Source: Bacteroidota bacterium (GTDB taxonomy: Bacteria > Bacteroidota > Bacteroidia > 2-12-FULL-35-15). From it: DNA of 64,000 nucleotides. How positions within the stretch are numbered: position 1 is the first letter of the stretch; each line of letters starts with the position of its first letter. The notes beneath the pieces were generated by a model, which had not been told where the DNA came from, ran no database searches, and saw only the letters and a list, made by a program, of their open reading frames with translations. A program made the position numbers and the translations under genes. The DNA lies in assembly GCA_947466965.1 (NCBI GenBank), contig CANIFU010000002.1:85081-149080 (forward strand). Reading direction: 5' to 3'. Below, piece after piece: positions 38,852-49,442 of this stretch.

Positions 38852-40672
38852 TTATTCAGACTTTTTAGTCGATTTTTTTTCAGTTGCTTCCATATCTGCT
38901 TTCAGATTCGAAAGAACATCCATATCGCCTAGTGTTGTTTTTTCAACACTGTCTTTTACTTTTTTAACAGCTTTCTTTTCTTCGTCTCCTGCAGTTTTCT
39001 TTTCAGATGCAACAGCAGCTTTTTCAGCAGCAGTTACTTCTTCATTGATCTTGCTATGAGAAACGATGATTTTTTTGCCTTCTTTATTGAACTCAAGAAC
39101 TTTGAAATCCAATACTTCTTCAATTTTCGCTGCAGCACCATCTGGTTTCAACAAGTGACGAGTCGGGCAAAATGCTTCAACACCATATGGCATAGAAACG
39201 ATCGCACCTTTTTCCATTACACTTGTAATTGTTCCTTGGTGAACTGAATTTTCAGTAAAGATTGTTTCAAACACATCCCATGGATTTTCTTCCAATTGTT
39301 TGTGTCCTAAACTCAATCTGCGGTTTTCACCATCAATATCAAGAACAACAACATCTATTTTATCACCAATTTTAGTGAATTCAGAAGGATGTTTGATCTT
39401 TTTAGACCAAGAAAGGTCAGAAATGTGGATTAATCCATCAACACCTTCTTCAAGCTCAACAAAAATACCGAAGTTAGTGAAGTTGCGAACTGAAGCAGCG
39501 TGCTTAGTTCCTTTAGAATATTTAGTGATAACATTACTCCATGGATCAGGCATTAATTGTTTAATACCTAAAGACATTTTACGTTCTTCACGATCAAGTG
39601 TTAACACAACAGCTTCTACCTCTTCGCCCACTTTTAAGAAATCATGAGCAGTACGTAAATGCTGGCTCCAGCTCATTTCAGAAACGTGGATTAAACCTTC
39701 AACACCTTGAGAAATTTCAACAAATGCACCGTAATCAGCGATCACCACTACTTTACCTTTTACTTTATCACCAATTGCTAAATCAGCTTTCAAGCTATCC
39801 CAAGGATGAGCAGAAAGTTGTTTTAAGCCCAATGCAATACGTTTTTTCTCGTTATCGAAATCAAGGATAACAACATTGATTTTCTGATCCAATTTAACGA
39901 TCTCTTCAGGATGATTGATACGCCCCCAAGATAAATCTGTAATGTGAACAAGTCCGTCAACACCACCTAAATCGATGAACACTCCATAAGAGGTAATGTT
40001 TTTAACAGTTCCTTCTAATACTTGTCCTTTTTCTAATTTAGAAATGATCTCTTTTTTCTGTTGTTCTAATTCCGCTTCAATTAATGCTTTGTGAGACACA
40101 ACAACATTTTTGAATTCATTGTTGATTTTCACAACTTTAAATTCCATTGTTTTACCAACATATACATCGTAATCACGGATAGGTTTCACATCAATTTGAG
40201 AACCCGGTAAGAATGCTTCAATTCCGAATACATCAGCGATAAGACCACCTTTTGTACGGCATTTAACATATCCTTTAATAATTTCATCGTTATTAAGCGC
40301 TTGATTAACTCTTTCCCAAGATTTCATAGCGCGAGCTGTCTTGTGAGAAAGGATCAATTGTCCGCTTTTATCTTCTTGACTTTCAACATAAACTTCAACA
40401 ACATCACCGATTTTCAAATCAGGGTTGTAACGAAATTCTGTTAATTGAACAACACCATCAGATTTATATCCAATGTTTACAACAACTTCTTTGCTGTTTT
40501 TTGCAACAACTTTACCATCGATTATTTCGTTAGCTGCAACTGATTTAAGGGTTTTTTCATAAAGTGAATCGTATTTATCACGATCAGCTTGAGAATACGT
40601 TTCTCCTTTGTTTCCTAATGCATTCCAATCAAATGCTTCTAATGATACTGGTGTTTCTACTGTTTCTGCCAT
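38852..40672 (-). CDS. rpsA: 30S ribosomal protein S1
   Basis: Repeated S1 domains (AFLPGSQID, GVDGLVHITDLSW, GVEGLIHVSEMSW, GVDGLIHISDLSW). Start MAETVETP (40672). Confidence 0.97.
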   Translation of the reverse strand: MAETVETPVSLEAFDWNALGNKGETYSQADRDKYDSLYEKTLKSVAANEIIDGKVVAKNSKEVVVNIGYKSDGVVQLTEFRYNPDLKIGDVVEVYVESQEDKSGQLILSHKTARAMKSWERVNQALNNDEIIKGYVKCRTKGGLIADVFGIEAFLPGSQIDVKPIRDYDVYVGKTMEFKVVKINNEFKNVVVSHKALIEAELEQQKKEIISKLEKGQVLEGTVKNITSYGVFIDLGGVDGLVHITDLSWGRINHPEEIVKLDQKINVVILDFDNEKKRIALGLKQLSAHPWDSLKADLAIGDKVKGKVVVIADYGAFVEISQGVEGLIHVSEMSWSQHLRTAHDFLKVGEEVEAVVLTLDREERKMSLGIKQLMPDPWSNVITKYSKGTKHAASVRNFTNFGIFVELEEGVDGLIHISDLSWSKKIKHPSEFTKIGDKIDVVVLDIDGENRRLSLGHKQLEENPWDVFETIFTENSVHQGTITSVMEKGAIVSMPYGVEAFCPTRHLLKPDGAAAKIEEVLDFKVLEFNKEGKKIIVSHSKINEEVTAAEKAAVASEKKTAGDEEKKAVKKVKDSVEKTTLGDMDVLSNLKADMEATEKKSTKKSE

Positions 40673-41362
40673 TTTAATTTTTCCCGGATAAAAATTGCCG
40701 AGAGGCTTTTTTTTTGTATCCAATTAATTGATTATCAATTTAATTGAAGAGGTTAGTACTAAATTTGCTTGTTCCTTAAATTTAAGGGATACAAATATAC
40801 AAAATTATGTACTTGAGTCAAGAATAATCTTATTTTATTTTATTCTTTTAAAAATCGCTTTTAAAAACATAAACTAAAGGTTAATATAATAATTTTAATA
40901 TATTGATAAATAGTTTAATACACAATATATTATTTATACATTTTAAAATCTAAATTTGAGTATAAAATTTAATAAATCTGCATTAAAAAAATTATTTTCC
41001 CCTACTTTAATTGCAACTTTTGTTATACATGTTCCAAAATTTCGAAATCGATTAAAACGAAAAAATGTTCCATTTACACATTAACTTAGAAAATCAATTA
41101 TTGTCAACAAAAAAAAGCAATTCTCCTTTTTAATGAAACAGTTAAGAATTACATTTTCTACTTCATTACTAATTAAAAATAAGAGAGTTGGCTGCTACAA
41201 AAAAACAGAAGCATTTAAAAGCGAAGGCACTCATTTCAACTACAAATTAAGAGGAATCACTGCTACATTTCTGAAATCTACTAGAAATCATTCCATTTAT
41301 TTTACAAACAAATCGTTTGACATACAAAGCTTTTGCTATTTTTGCCCCCTCAAATACAACAT

Positions 41363-41806
41363 ATGTACTCAGACTTATTAGTAAAAAAATCAACCATTCC
41401 GGGAACTGGAAAAGGCTTATTTACAAAACGTGATATAAAAAAAGGTGAACGAATCATCGAATACCTTGGTGAAATTGTTACAGAAGCTGAATTAGACCGT
41501 AGAGCCGAAAATGATATTTACGGATATGCATTTTATATTAGCAAAAGAAAATGTATTGATGCTTATTATACTCCAAATGAATTTGCCCGTTATGCAAACG
41601 ACGCTAAGGGATTGACCAAAATTAAAGGAATTACCAATAATTGCTGTTATGTTGTTTATAAAAATTCGGGCTGGATCAAAGCTGAAAAGAACATTAAAGC
41701 AGGTTCCGAATTGTTTGTTTCTTATGGAGCGGAATACTGGAGAGACATCCGTGATAACATTAAATTGGACAAGGAAAAAGCTGCTCTTAAGAAAAAGAAA
41801 CAATGA
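41363..41806 (+). CDS. SET-domain protein (putative protein lysine methyltransferase)
   Basis: STIPGTGKGLFTKRDIKKGERIIEYLGE, ARYAND, IKAGSELFVSYGAEYW. Start MYSDLL (41363) after a TATTTTTG promoter. Confidence 0.88.
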   Translation: MYSDLLVKKSTIPGTGKGLFTKRDIKKGERIIEYLGEIVTEAELDRRAENDIYGYAFYISKRKCIDAYYTPNEFARYANDAKGLTKIKGITNNCCYVVYKNSGWIKAEKNIKAGSELFVSYGAEYWRDIRDNIKLDKEKAALKKKKQ

Positions 41807-41991
41807 TCATTCGATACCTAATACTCACTTTCATATACTGCTAATACGAACAAAAGTATCTTTACAATTTTGCTGTTTTCATAGGTTATCCTCACTCGTG
41901 TTGACGAAAAAACTCTAATAGAAATTTTTAATTCTGAGAAAAACAGAGAAAAAAAGAGGGTGTTTTACTTTTTTTGGGAAGCGTATAATTA

Positions 41992-42876
41992 CTAATCGTA
42001 TATTTCTTTTCTACTTGCTTTCAATGTATTCATCAAAAGTGATGCAATGGTCATTGGACCTACTCCACCGGGAACAGGCGTAATAAAAGATGCTTTAGCA
42101 GCTACTTCATCATACTTTACATCACCCAATAATTTATATCCGCTTTTTGTTACTTCAGATATAACACGCGTAATTCCAACATCAATTACCACTACTCCAT
42201 CTTTCACCATTTCGGCCGTTATAAATTCAGGTTTTCCTAATGCAACAATTAAAATATCCGCTTTCAATGTATACTCTTTTAAATTGGCTGTTCTACTGTG
42301 ACACATGGTAACAGTACAATTTCCGGGAAAATTATTTCTTGCCATAAGGATACTCATTGGAGAACCAACAATATGACTACGTCCAATTATTACACAATGC
42401 TTTCCTGCTGTATCAATCTTGTAACGTTCAAACAATTGAATGATTCCGTATGGCGTTGCAGGAAGGTACGTTGGTAAATTTAAAGCCATTCTTCCGATGT
42501 TCTGAGGATGAAATCCGTCTACATCTTTTTGAGGTGCAATGGCCTGCACAATATTGTGTTCGTTGATATGCTTTGGAAGCGGAAGTTGAACAATGTAGCC
42601 ATCTATATCCGCGTCATTATTTAAGCCTTCAACAATGTATAACAATTCTTTTTCGGTAGTTGATTCAGATAAGCGGACCATGGTAGATTTAAACCCAATT
42701 TTTTCGCAGGCCTTTACTTTTGCTCCCACATAGGTTTCACTCGCTCCATCGCTACCAACCAAAATAGCAGCCAAATGAGGGATTTTCCCATTGTTTACTT
42801 TTATCGCTTTTACTTCTGCTGCAATCTCTTCTTGAATTTGAAGAGAGATTAATTTACCATCTATAATTGTTGTCAT
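41992..42876 (-). CDS. folD: Methylenetetrahydrofolate dehydrogenase/cyclohydrolase
   Basis: Start MTTIIDGK (42876), [42 protein letters not shown]. Confidence 0.97.
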   Translation of the reverse strand: MTTIIDGKLISLQIQEEIAAEVKAIKVNNGKIPHLAAILVGSDGASETYVGAKVKACEKIGFKSTMVRLSESTTEKELLYIVEGLNNDADIDGYIVQLPLPKHINEHNIVQAIAPQKDVDGFHPQNIGRMALNLPTYLPATPYGIIQLFERYKIDTAGKHCVIIGRSHIVGSPMSILMARNNFPGNCTVTMCHSRTANLKEYTLKADILIVALGKPEFITAEMVKDGVVVIDVGITRVISEVTKSGYKLLGDVKYDEVAAKASFITPVPGGVGPMTIASLLMNTLKASRKEIYD

Positions 42877-42900
42877 CGTTTTTATTTTGTAAATTTTGGT

Positions 42901-42988
42901 GTCATCTCGAGCAGAGCAGAGATACGGCATCTCATTATAGTAAACAGTCTTTCTAATTGGGAGGTCCCGTGTTGTGGCAAGGGATGAC
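42901..42988. repeat. Bipartite palindromic (REP/RPE-like) element, copy 2
   Basis: GTCATCTCGAGCAGAGCAGAGAT...GAGGTCCCGTGTTGTGGCAAGGGATGAC. Same ends and near-identical length (88 vs 89 bp) as 8734-8822. Confidence 0.7.
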
Positions 42989-43045
42989 ATTTATAAAGAT
43001 AGAAAGCTCTCCGAACTTTAGACTTTTTACTTTCAAACTTTTCAC

Positions 43046-44389
43046 TTATCTCCCCATACCGGGCATATTTTTCATTTGTTGCATCATCTTCGCCATATTC
43101 TCTTTATTCCCCATCATTTTCATCATTTTGCGAGTATCATCAAATTGCTTTACCAAACGGTTTACGTCTTGTATGGTTGTCCCACTGCCTTTTGCAATGC
43201 GTTCTCTGCGTTTTCCATTTAAAGAATCGGGATTTTCGCGTTCAAATGGCGTCATCGAATAAATAATTGCTTCAATGCTTGTAAAAGCATTATCATCAAT
43301 ATCAACATTTTTTAATGCTTTACCTACTCCAGGGATCATACCTACCAAGTCCTTGATGTTACCCATCTTTTTAATCTGGTTCAGTTGAGATAAAAAGTCG
43401 TTAAACGTAAACTGGTTTTTAGCGATTTTCTTTTGAATTTTTCTGGCCTCTTCAACATCATACTGTTCTTGAGCACGTTCTACCAAGGTAACTACATCAC
43501 CCATTCCAAGAATTCTATCGGCCATACGGCTTGGATGAAATACATCTATTGCATCCATCTTTTCACCTGTTCCAACAAACTTGATAGGCTTGTTTACAAC
43601 AGAAAGAATTGATAACGCAGCACCACCACGTGTATCACCATCTAATTTTGTAAGAACAACTCCATCAAAATTTAATCGTTCATTGAATGTTTTTGCTGTA
43701 TTAACAGCATCCTGGCCAGTCATTGAATCAACTACAAATAATATCTCGTCTGGTTTAACAGCATCTTTAACGGCTGCGATTTCGTTCATCATCTGCTCAT
43801 CTATCGCTAATCGACCGGCTGTATCGATGATCACCACCGAGTTACCATTTAACTTTGCATGAGCAATACCTTTTTGAGCTATTGAAACAGCATCTTTATT
43901 TTCTCTGTCAGAAAAAACATCTACACCTATTTGTTCTGCTAAAACATGTAATTGATCGATGGCGGCAGGACGATAAATATCACAAGCAATCAATAAAGGT
44001 TTTTTACCACGTTTCGTTTTTAAGTGATTGGCTAGCTTTCCTGAAAAAGTAGTTTTACCAGAGCCTTGCAAACCACTCATCAAAATTACGGTAGGATTAC
44101 CTGCCAATTTAATATCGGTACTGGTTTCACCCATTAATGCACTCAACTCATCGTGCGTGATTTTTGTAAGCAACTGACCGGGAGAAATGGATGTTAAAAC
44201 ATTTTGTCCGAGTGCTTTTTCTTTTACTTTATCAGTAAATTGTTTGGCAACTTTATAGTTCACATCGGCATCCAATAAGGCTTTCCGAATTTCCTTAACT
44301 GTTTCCGATACGTTTATCTCCGTAATTTTACCTTGTCCTTTTAAAACTTTAAAGGCCCTATCTAGCTTTTCGCTTAAATTATCAAACAT
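43046..44389 (-). CDS. ffh: Signal recognition particle protein
   Basis: ALLDADV, GLQGSGKTT, DIYRPAA, DTAGR, TKLDGDTRGG, RILGMGD, Met-rich M domain. Confidence 0.98.
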   Translation of the reverse strand: MFDNLSEKLDRAFKVLKGQGKITEINVSETVKEIRKALLDADVNYKVAKQFTDKVKEKALGQNVLTSISPGQLLTKITHDELSALMGETSTDIKLAGNPTVILMSGLQGSGKTTFSGKLANHLKTKRGKKPLLIACDIYRPAAIDQLHVLAEQIGVDVFSDRENKDAVSIAQKGIAHAKLNGNSVVIIDTAGRLAIDEQMMNEIAAVKDAVKPDEILFVVDSMTGQDAVNTAKTFNERLNFDGVVLTKLDGDTRGGAALSILSVVNKPIKFVGTGEKMDAIDVFHPSRMADRILGMGDVVTLVERAQEQYDVEEARKIQKKIAKNQFTFNDFLSQLNQIKKMGNIKDLVGMIPGVGKALKNVDIDDNAFTSIEAIIYSMTPFERENPDSLNGKRRERIAKGSGTTIQDVNRLVKQFDDTRKMMKMMGNKENMAKMMQQMKNMPGMGR

Positions 44390-44530
44390 GTTTTATAAAT
44401 TTTTAGGAATGCGAATTTAATCAAAATTAAACTTATATAAAGCGATTTGAAACGAATATTGCAGCTTTTAGTTAAAATTATCATTTAACGAATATTCGTT
44501 GCTGATAGAAATTATCCTTCAGAATTAATA

Positions 44531-44562
44531 AAAAAATCTGTGAGTTTGCACCCACAGATTTG
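44531..44562 (-). terminator. Intrinsic terminator
   Basis: AAATCTGTG...CACAGATTT stem with an A-run on the left, downstream of the methyltransferase gene. Confidence 0.6.
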
Positions 44563-44603
44563 ATTTTCGCATTCGTTATAAAAAATAGTAATTCGATGTT
44601 TTA

Positions 44604-45674
44604 TTATTTCTTTTTGCACTTCAATAAACTCTGGCTTACACCAATTTGATCGATTTGTTCTATTACTTCAAATCCGGCTTCAAGGACGCATTTTATGAAC
44701 ACTTCAGAATGGTACATTTGACTATTTCCATTGGCGATAGTAGTAAAATACAAAGAGGTTTGTTGTAAAGAAAATGCTGCTGCTTCAAATCGTTGACGAT
44801 CCCAGAAAGGCTCCAGAATGAATACAAAACCGTCGTCATTAATTGCTTCGTGACAACGTTGTAAAATAGAAATGATCTCTTTTTCAGAAAAGCAATCAAG
44901 AAACTGACTCATCCAAACTGCATCATATCCTTTCGGAAGTTTTTGCGTTTCATCCAAAATATTGGTTCCATGAAAAGAAAGACGGTCAGACAAACCATGT
45001 TTTTCGATATTCGCCTTCGCCATTGTAACTTGTCCGGGAAGATCCACAATTGTTACATGCACATCTTTATCAAATTTTGCACAAGCAATAGACCATTTGC
45101 CGGTATTGCCACCAATATCTAATAATTTTTTAGGCTTATTTTTAAAAACTAAAGGGAGTACTAAAGGAAAAGCATCATCTGAATAAAAATGATCGAAACC
45201 AAACCATGATTTCTGAGCAAATTCTGGAAGATGCGCTAATGCTTCATATACTGTTTTCCAGTTACCAAACACTTTTAAACCTTCAGGCTTTTCATTATTT
45301 ATAGAATCTTCTAAATTAAAAAGACCTTTATAACAAACATCTTGAACAAAGTCCATGTTTACGCGTGTCATCTGATCATTTAAAATAAAATGGCCGGTTT
45401 TAGACAGTGTATATTTGTTAGCATCATCAATCAATACAACACCTATACCTAATCCTGATTCAAGCAAAACACGCACTCCGTAATGAGGCAATTTTACTTT
45501 TTCAACTATTTCCTCCAGAATTAATCCTTTTCTGCCTGAATCTTGAATGCATTGAAGGATGCCACTATCACGCAAAACACGCGTTGCCTGAAACACCATA
45601 GGTGCATGAGCAATCCACTGAGCATATTCAATTGCTTCTAAAGCTGTTCTTGTCTCTTTCTTAAAAAAATCCAT
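44604..45674 (-). CDS. SAM-dependent O-methyltransferase (Methyltransf_2-like, with N-terminal dimerisation region)
   Basis: LLDIGGNTG, VDLP, WMSQFLDCFS, ANGNSQMY. Confidence 0.85.
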   Translation of the reverse strand: MDFFKKETRTALEAIEYAQWIAHAPMVFQATRVLRDSGILQCIQDSGRKGLILEEIVEKVKLPHYGVRVLLESGLGIGVVLIDDANKYTLSKTGHFILNDQMTRVNMDFVQDVCYKGLFNLEDSINNEKPEGLKVFGNWKTVYEALAHLPEFAQKSWFGFDHFYSDDAFPLVLPLVFKNKPKKLLDIGGNTGKWSIACAKFDKDVHVTIVDLPGQVTMAKANIEKHGLSDRLSFHGTNILDETQKLPKGYDAVWMSQFLDCFSEKEIISILQRCHEAINDDGFVFILEPFWDRQRFEAAAFSLQQTSLYFTTIANGNSQMYHSEVFIKCVLEAGFEVIEQIDQIGVSQSLLKCKKK

Positions 45675-45820
45675 ACCTATTATTTTCTTTTTTTGCCAAA
45701 GATAAGATTTGAAACTTAAATAGAAAATCCTGAGGCTATTTTATGCAGGAATGAACTTTCAATTCATTTAAAGAAGGTATTTTAAAAGATTGAGTTGAGA
45801 GAGTTGAAAAAAATAGATAC

Positions 45821-46585
45821 TTACTTTAAGTCAAAAAGATTGTTTACACCCATACTTCTTCTAACCGTAAATCCTTCAGCAAAGTCAAAACCGGCATCTC
45901 GCCCATAAACACTCATCTTTCCTCGTACCACATCAAAGAAGTTTTTTACAGATATAGGTGATTCCGGTTCAATGGATTGGGGATCATAAAACTGAGATTT
46001 AAAAATCTGTATGGCTGCCATTTTTTTATCAATAAAAGGCGTCACATCTACTACAAAATCGGGTTTCAATTGCCTGTCTTGTATATAATGATAAATTGCT
46101 TTGGGTCTCCATGCTTGTTGTTTAAAACCGTCATAAGCTGTTTCCACTTTTATCAATCCACTGTAAAAGCAAGCTGCTTCAACCAATTCGGAAGCTCGAG
46201 CATGATCAGGATGACGGTCGGAAACTGCATTACAAAGAATGATCTCGGGCTGGTATTCTCTAATTTTTTTAATAATCGCTAGTTGGTGTTCTTTATCATT
46301 TTTAAAAAATCCATCAGCCATTTTTAAATTATCACGAACTGAAATACCTAATATTTTTGCTGCTTCAGCAGCTTCCTTTAAACGAAGCTCAGCGCTTCCT
46401 CTTGTACCTAATTCGCCACAAGTAAGATCAAGTATTCCGCACTTTTTACCTATTGAAATGTGTTTTAATAGTGTTCCAGAACAAGATAATTCAACATCAT
46501 CGGGATGCACACCAATAGCCAGAATGTCTAATTTATGTAAGGGAGATAATGGAGCAAATAATGAAGAATCGCTAAAAGCTGTCAT
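45821..46585 (-). CDS. bshB1: Bacillithiol biosynthesis deacetylase BshB1
   Basis: KLDILAIGVHPDDVEL, DLTCGELGTRG, DRHPDH, FKSQFY, AEGF. Confidence 0.88.
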   Translation of the reverse strand: MTAFSDSSLFAPLSPLHKLDILAIGVHPDDVELSCSGTLLKHISIGKKCGILDLTCGELGTRGSAELRLKEAAEAAKILGISVRDNLKMADGFFKNDKEHQLAIIKKIREYQPEIILCNAVSDRHPDHARASELVEAACFYSGLIKVETAYDGFKQQAWRPKAIYHYIQDRQLKPDFVVDVTPFIDKKMAAIQIFKSQFYDPQSIEPESPISVKNFFDVVRGKMSVYGRDAGFDFAEGFTVRRSMGVNNLFDLK

Positions 46586-46587
46586 AG

Positions 46588-47139
46588 TTATTTTCCTCTT
46601 ACCCAGTTAACTATTTTATCACTCATTGGATTTTCATTTGAATATAGCACATCTACTAAGTTACCTTTTTCATCAATCAGGTATTTTTGAAAATTCCATT
46701 TTACTGAGGAGTCCATTTTACCGTTCAACTCTTTTGAGGTTAGCCATTTATAAACCGCATTCATATCATCCCCTTTTACATCAATTTTCTCCATCATCTG
46801 AAAACTCACACCGTAATTTTTACTGCAAAATTCTTTGATTTCATTATTTGTTCCCGGCTCCTGACGTCCGAAGTTATTCGCTGGAAAGCCTATGATCACA
46901 AAATTTTGATCCTTATATGTCTTATATAATTTTTCTAGGTCTTCATACTGTCCGGTATAACCGCATTTAGAGGCTGTATTAACAATCATCACTTTTTTAC
47001 CTTTTAGATTATCGAAATTGAAATCTTTCCCTTCAATCGTCTTCGATTTCAATTGATAGAAAGAAGTGGAATTAATTTTATAAGAAAATGCGGAAAATGC
47101 TATTAACGCAACAAAAAGAATTGAATATCTGATCTTCAT
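46588..47139 (-). CDS. Cys-type glutathione-peroxidase-family protein with signal peptide
   Basis: VNTASKCGYT, GFPANNFGRQEPG, KWNFQKYLID; hydrophobic N-terminus. Confidence 0.92.
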   Translation of the reverse strand: MKIRYSILFVALIAFSAFSYKINSTSFYQLKSKTIEGKDFNFDNLKGKKVMIVNTASKCGYTGQYEDLEKLYKTYKDQNFVIIGFPANNFGRQEPGTNNEIKEFCSKNYGVSFQMMEKIDVKGDDMNAVYKWLTSKELNGKMDSSVKWNFQKYLIDEKGNLVDVLYSNENPMSDKIVNWVRGK

Positions 47140-47266
47140 AGTTTTTAGTTTTTTTAAGAGTTATCAAATGTACAAAAAACAATCTATAATGGATTTTGTT
47201 TAACATTTTTTTGATTCTTTATAGCTATTGTATTGTATCTTTGATGTAAATTATGATACTTATTTT

Positions 47267-48670
47267 ATGAAAATTCAATTTTGGGGAGCAGCCCGCACCG
47301 TTACAGGAAGCAAACATCTGATCACAACGGACGATAATAAAAAAATATTATTGGATTGCGGTTTTTTTCAGGGAAGAGGTTCAGAAACGGACGGACTGAA
47401 TCGTCAATTCGGGTTTGATCCTGCAAGTATCGATTATCTGATTCTGTCACACGCCCATATTGACCATTCGGGAAGTATTCCTAATCTTGTAAAACAAGGA
47501 TTTAAAGGTGATATTATATGTACAAAAGCCACACTCGATCTTTGCAAGATCATGCTGACTGATAGCGCACACATTCAGGAAAATGATGTAAAATACCTGA
47601 ATAAACGCAGAATGAAAGTTGGACAAGAACTTTTAAAGCCAATTTTTACTGAAAAAGATGTTGAACAAAGTATGAAATTATTTGTAGGTACAAACTACAA
47701 CTTGCCCTATACTGTTTATGAAGATTTACAAGTAACCTTTACCGATTCTGGTCATATATTAGGAAGTGCTGGCGTGAATATTGAACTGAGAGAAAATAAA
47801 AAAACGACAAAACTTTTCTTTTCAGGAGATATCGGAAGGTATGGGGGCTCTATTCTCCGAGACCCACAGCCTTTCCCGCAAGCCGATTACATCATTGGCG
47901 AATCTACATATGGCGACAGACTTCATAGCGACATCATACAAACAGAACAGCAATTGTTCGATGTTATCTTTAATACATGTATCACAAAAAAAGGAAAGGT
48001 TATTATTCCAGCTTTTAGTCTTGGACGAACGCAAGAATTAGTATATGCGCTCGATATTATGTCAACAAAAAAAATGTTGCCACAAATTAATGTATATGTC
48101 GACAGTCCGCTTTCTGTTAATGCAACCTCAATCATGAAAAATCATCCTGAATGTTTCAATGAAGAGATTTTGGAATACATGAAAAAAGACGCCAATCCTT
48201 TTGGTTTCGACAATCTTATTTATATCCAGGATGTAATTGAATCCAAACAACTGAATGAACATAAGGAGCCTTGTATCATTATATCGGCTTCTGGAATGGC
48301 TGATGCGGGAAGAATAAAACATCACATTAAAAACAATATTTCAGATCCCAAAAACACGGTATTAATTGTAGGTTATGCCGAACCGAATTCCTTGGGTGGT
48401 AAACTGCGTGCAGGAAACAAAAAAGTTAAAATATTTGGTATTGAACACGCTGTGAACGCGGAAGTGATCATCATGGATTCATACAGTGCACATGGCGATT
48501 ACAAAGAAATGATCCGATATTATGCATGTCAAGATCCGGTGAAAGTGAAACAGTTATTTTTAGTGCATGGGGAATATGATGTTCAATTAAATTTCAAAGA
48601 AAAATTGCGCGAAGCGGGCTTCCTTAATATTACGATTCCTGAACAAGGGGATGAAATTGAACTATATTAG
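47267..48670 (+). CDS. MBL-fold beta-CASP ribonuclease
   Basis: GAARTVTGS, LSHAHIDHSG, GHILGS, ESTYGDR, PAFSLGRTQE, SAHGD, LVHGE. Start MKIQFWG (47267). Confidence 0.92.
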   Translation: MKIQFWGAARTVTGSKHLITTDDNKKILLDCGFFQGRGSETDGLNRQFGFDPASIDYLILSHAHIDHSGSIPNLVKQGFKGDIICTKATLDLCKIMLTDSAHIQENDVKYLNKRRMKVGQELLKPIFTEKDVEQSMKLFVGTNYNLPYTVYEDLQVTFTDSGHILGSAGVNIELRENKKTTKLFFSGDIGRYGGSILRDPQPFPQADYIIGESTYGDRLHSDIIQTEQQLFDVIFNTCITKKGKVIIPAFSLGRTQELVYALDIMSTKKMLPQINVYVDSPLSVNATSIMKNHPECFNEEILEYMKKDANPFGFDNLIYIQDVIESKQLNEHKEPCIIISASGMADAGRIKHHIKNNISDPKNTVLIVGYAEPNSLGGKLRAGNKKVKIFGIEHAVNAEVIIMDSYSAHGDYKEMIRYYACQDPVKVKQLFLVHGEYDVQLNFKEKLREAGFLNITIPEQGDEIELY

Positions 48671-48678
48671 TTTTTTAT

Positions 48679-49335
48679 ATGCTGGCTAAACAAATCAAAC
48701 ACCTTATATTCAAAGAACTCAAGCTTGAAATGCGCAATAAATATGCTCTTGGAGGCATTTTATTGTATGTGGTTTCTACCATCTTTGTAAGCTATTTGTC
48801 TTTTAAAAAAATTGTAACTCCTGCAACCTGGAATGCCTTGTTTTGGATCATCCTTCTTTTTGCTTCTATCAATGCCATTGCAAAAAGTTTTATCAACGAA
48901 ACGAAGGGTAAACTGCTTTATATGTATACGCTTGCAAGTCCGCAAGCAATAATACTATCCAAAATAATTTACAACTCCATCTTGCTAATCGTTTTATCAG
49001 GATTGTGTTTACTAACCTACAGCTTGTTTGTTGGATATATCATTCAGGACCTTCCACTTTTTCTCATCACCTTATTATTGGGTAGCTTTGGATTTTCATC
49101 ACTACTAACAATGGTTTCAGCAATTGCTTCCAAAGCGGGCAATAATTTCACACTAATGGCAATACTAAGCTTTCCGATCATTATTCCTTTGTTGATGATA
49201 CTCATCAAATTATCAAAAAATGCGATTGATGGATTAGAGCGCTGGGACCTAAACTATTTGCTTGTTTTATTGTTCTTAAACGTAATTATTGTAGCATTGT
49301 CTTATTTATTATTTCGCTACCTTTGGCGAGATTAA
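48679..49335 (+). CDS. ccmB: Heme exporter protein B
   Basis: Multi-TM protein, LFWIILLFAS, LMAILSFPIIIPLL; first gene of the ccm cluster. Confidence 0.87.
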   Translation: MLAKQIKHLIFKELKLEMRNKYALGGILLYVVSTIFVSYLSFKKIVTPATWNALFWIILLFASINAIAKSFINETKGKLLYMYTLASPQAIILSKIIYNSILLIVLSGLCLLTYSLFVGYIIQDLPLFLITLLLGSFGFSSLLTMVSAIASKAGNNFTLMAILSFPIIIPLLMILIKLSKNAIDGLERWDLNYLLVLLFLNVIIVALSYLLFRYLWRD

Positions 49336-49442
49336 AATGACAAATTAAATCTGAAAATACGCTCTCGGTTTCGCTCGATTCGACAAGCATATTTTTGTTT
49401 TAATAAATTAGGATAAGAATTTAAATTTAGTTGATTAAAATA

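Noticed and set aside
40800-41340. oriC or a real 82-aa CDS in the AT-rich rpsA/SET spacer
   Set aside because: I saw no cluster of DnaA boxes, and the dif-like site places the window near the terminus. The ORF has no recognisable features and overlaps the SET gene promoter.
41810-41900. Possible frameshifted signal-peptide remnant on the minus strand (MKTAK...ILLFVLAV)
   Set aside because: Too short to assign, and it needs an assumed frameshift.
46588-47139. Selenoprotein GPx
   Set aside because: The active-site residue is an ordinary Cys codon, with no in-frame TGA.
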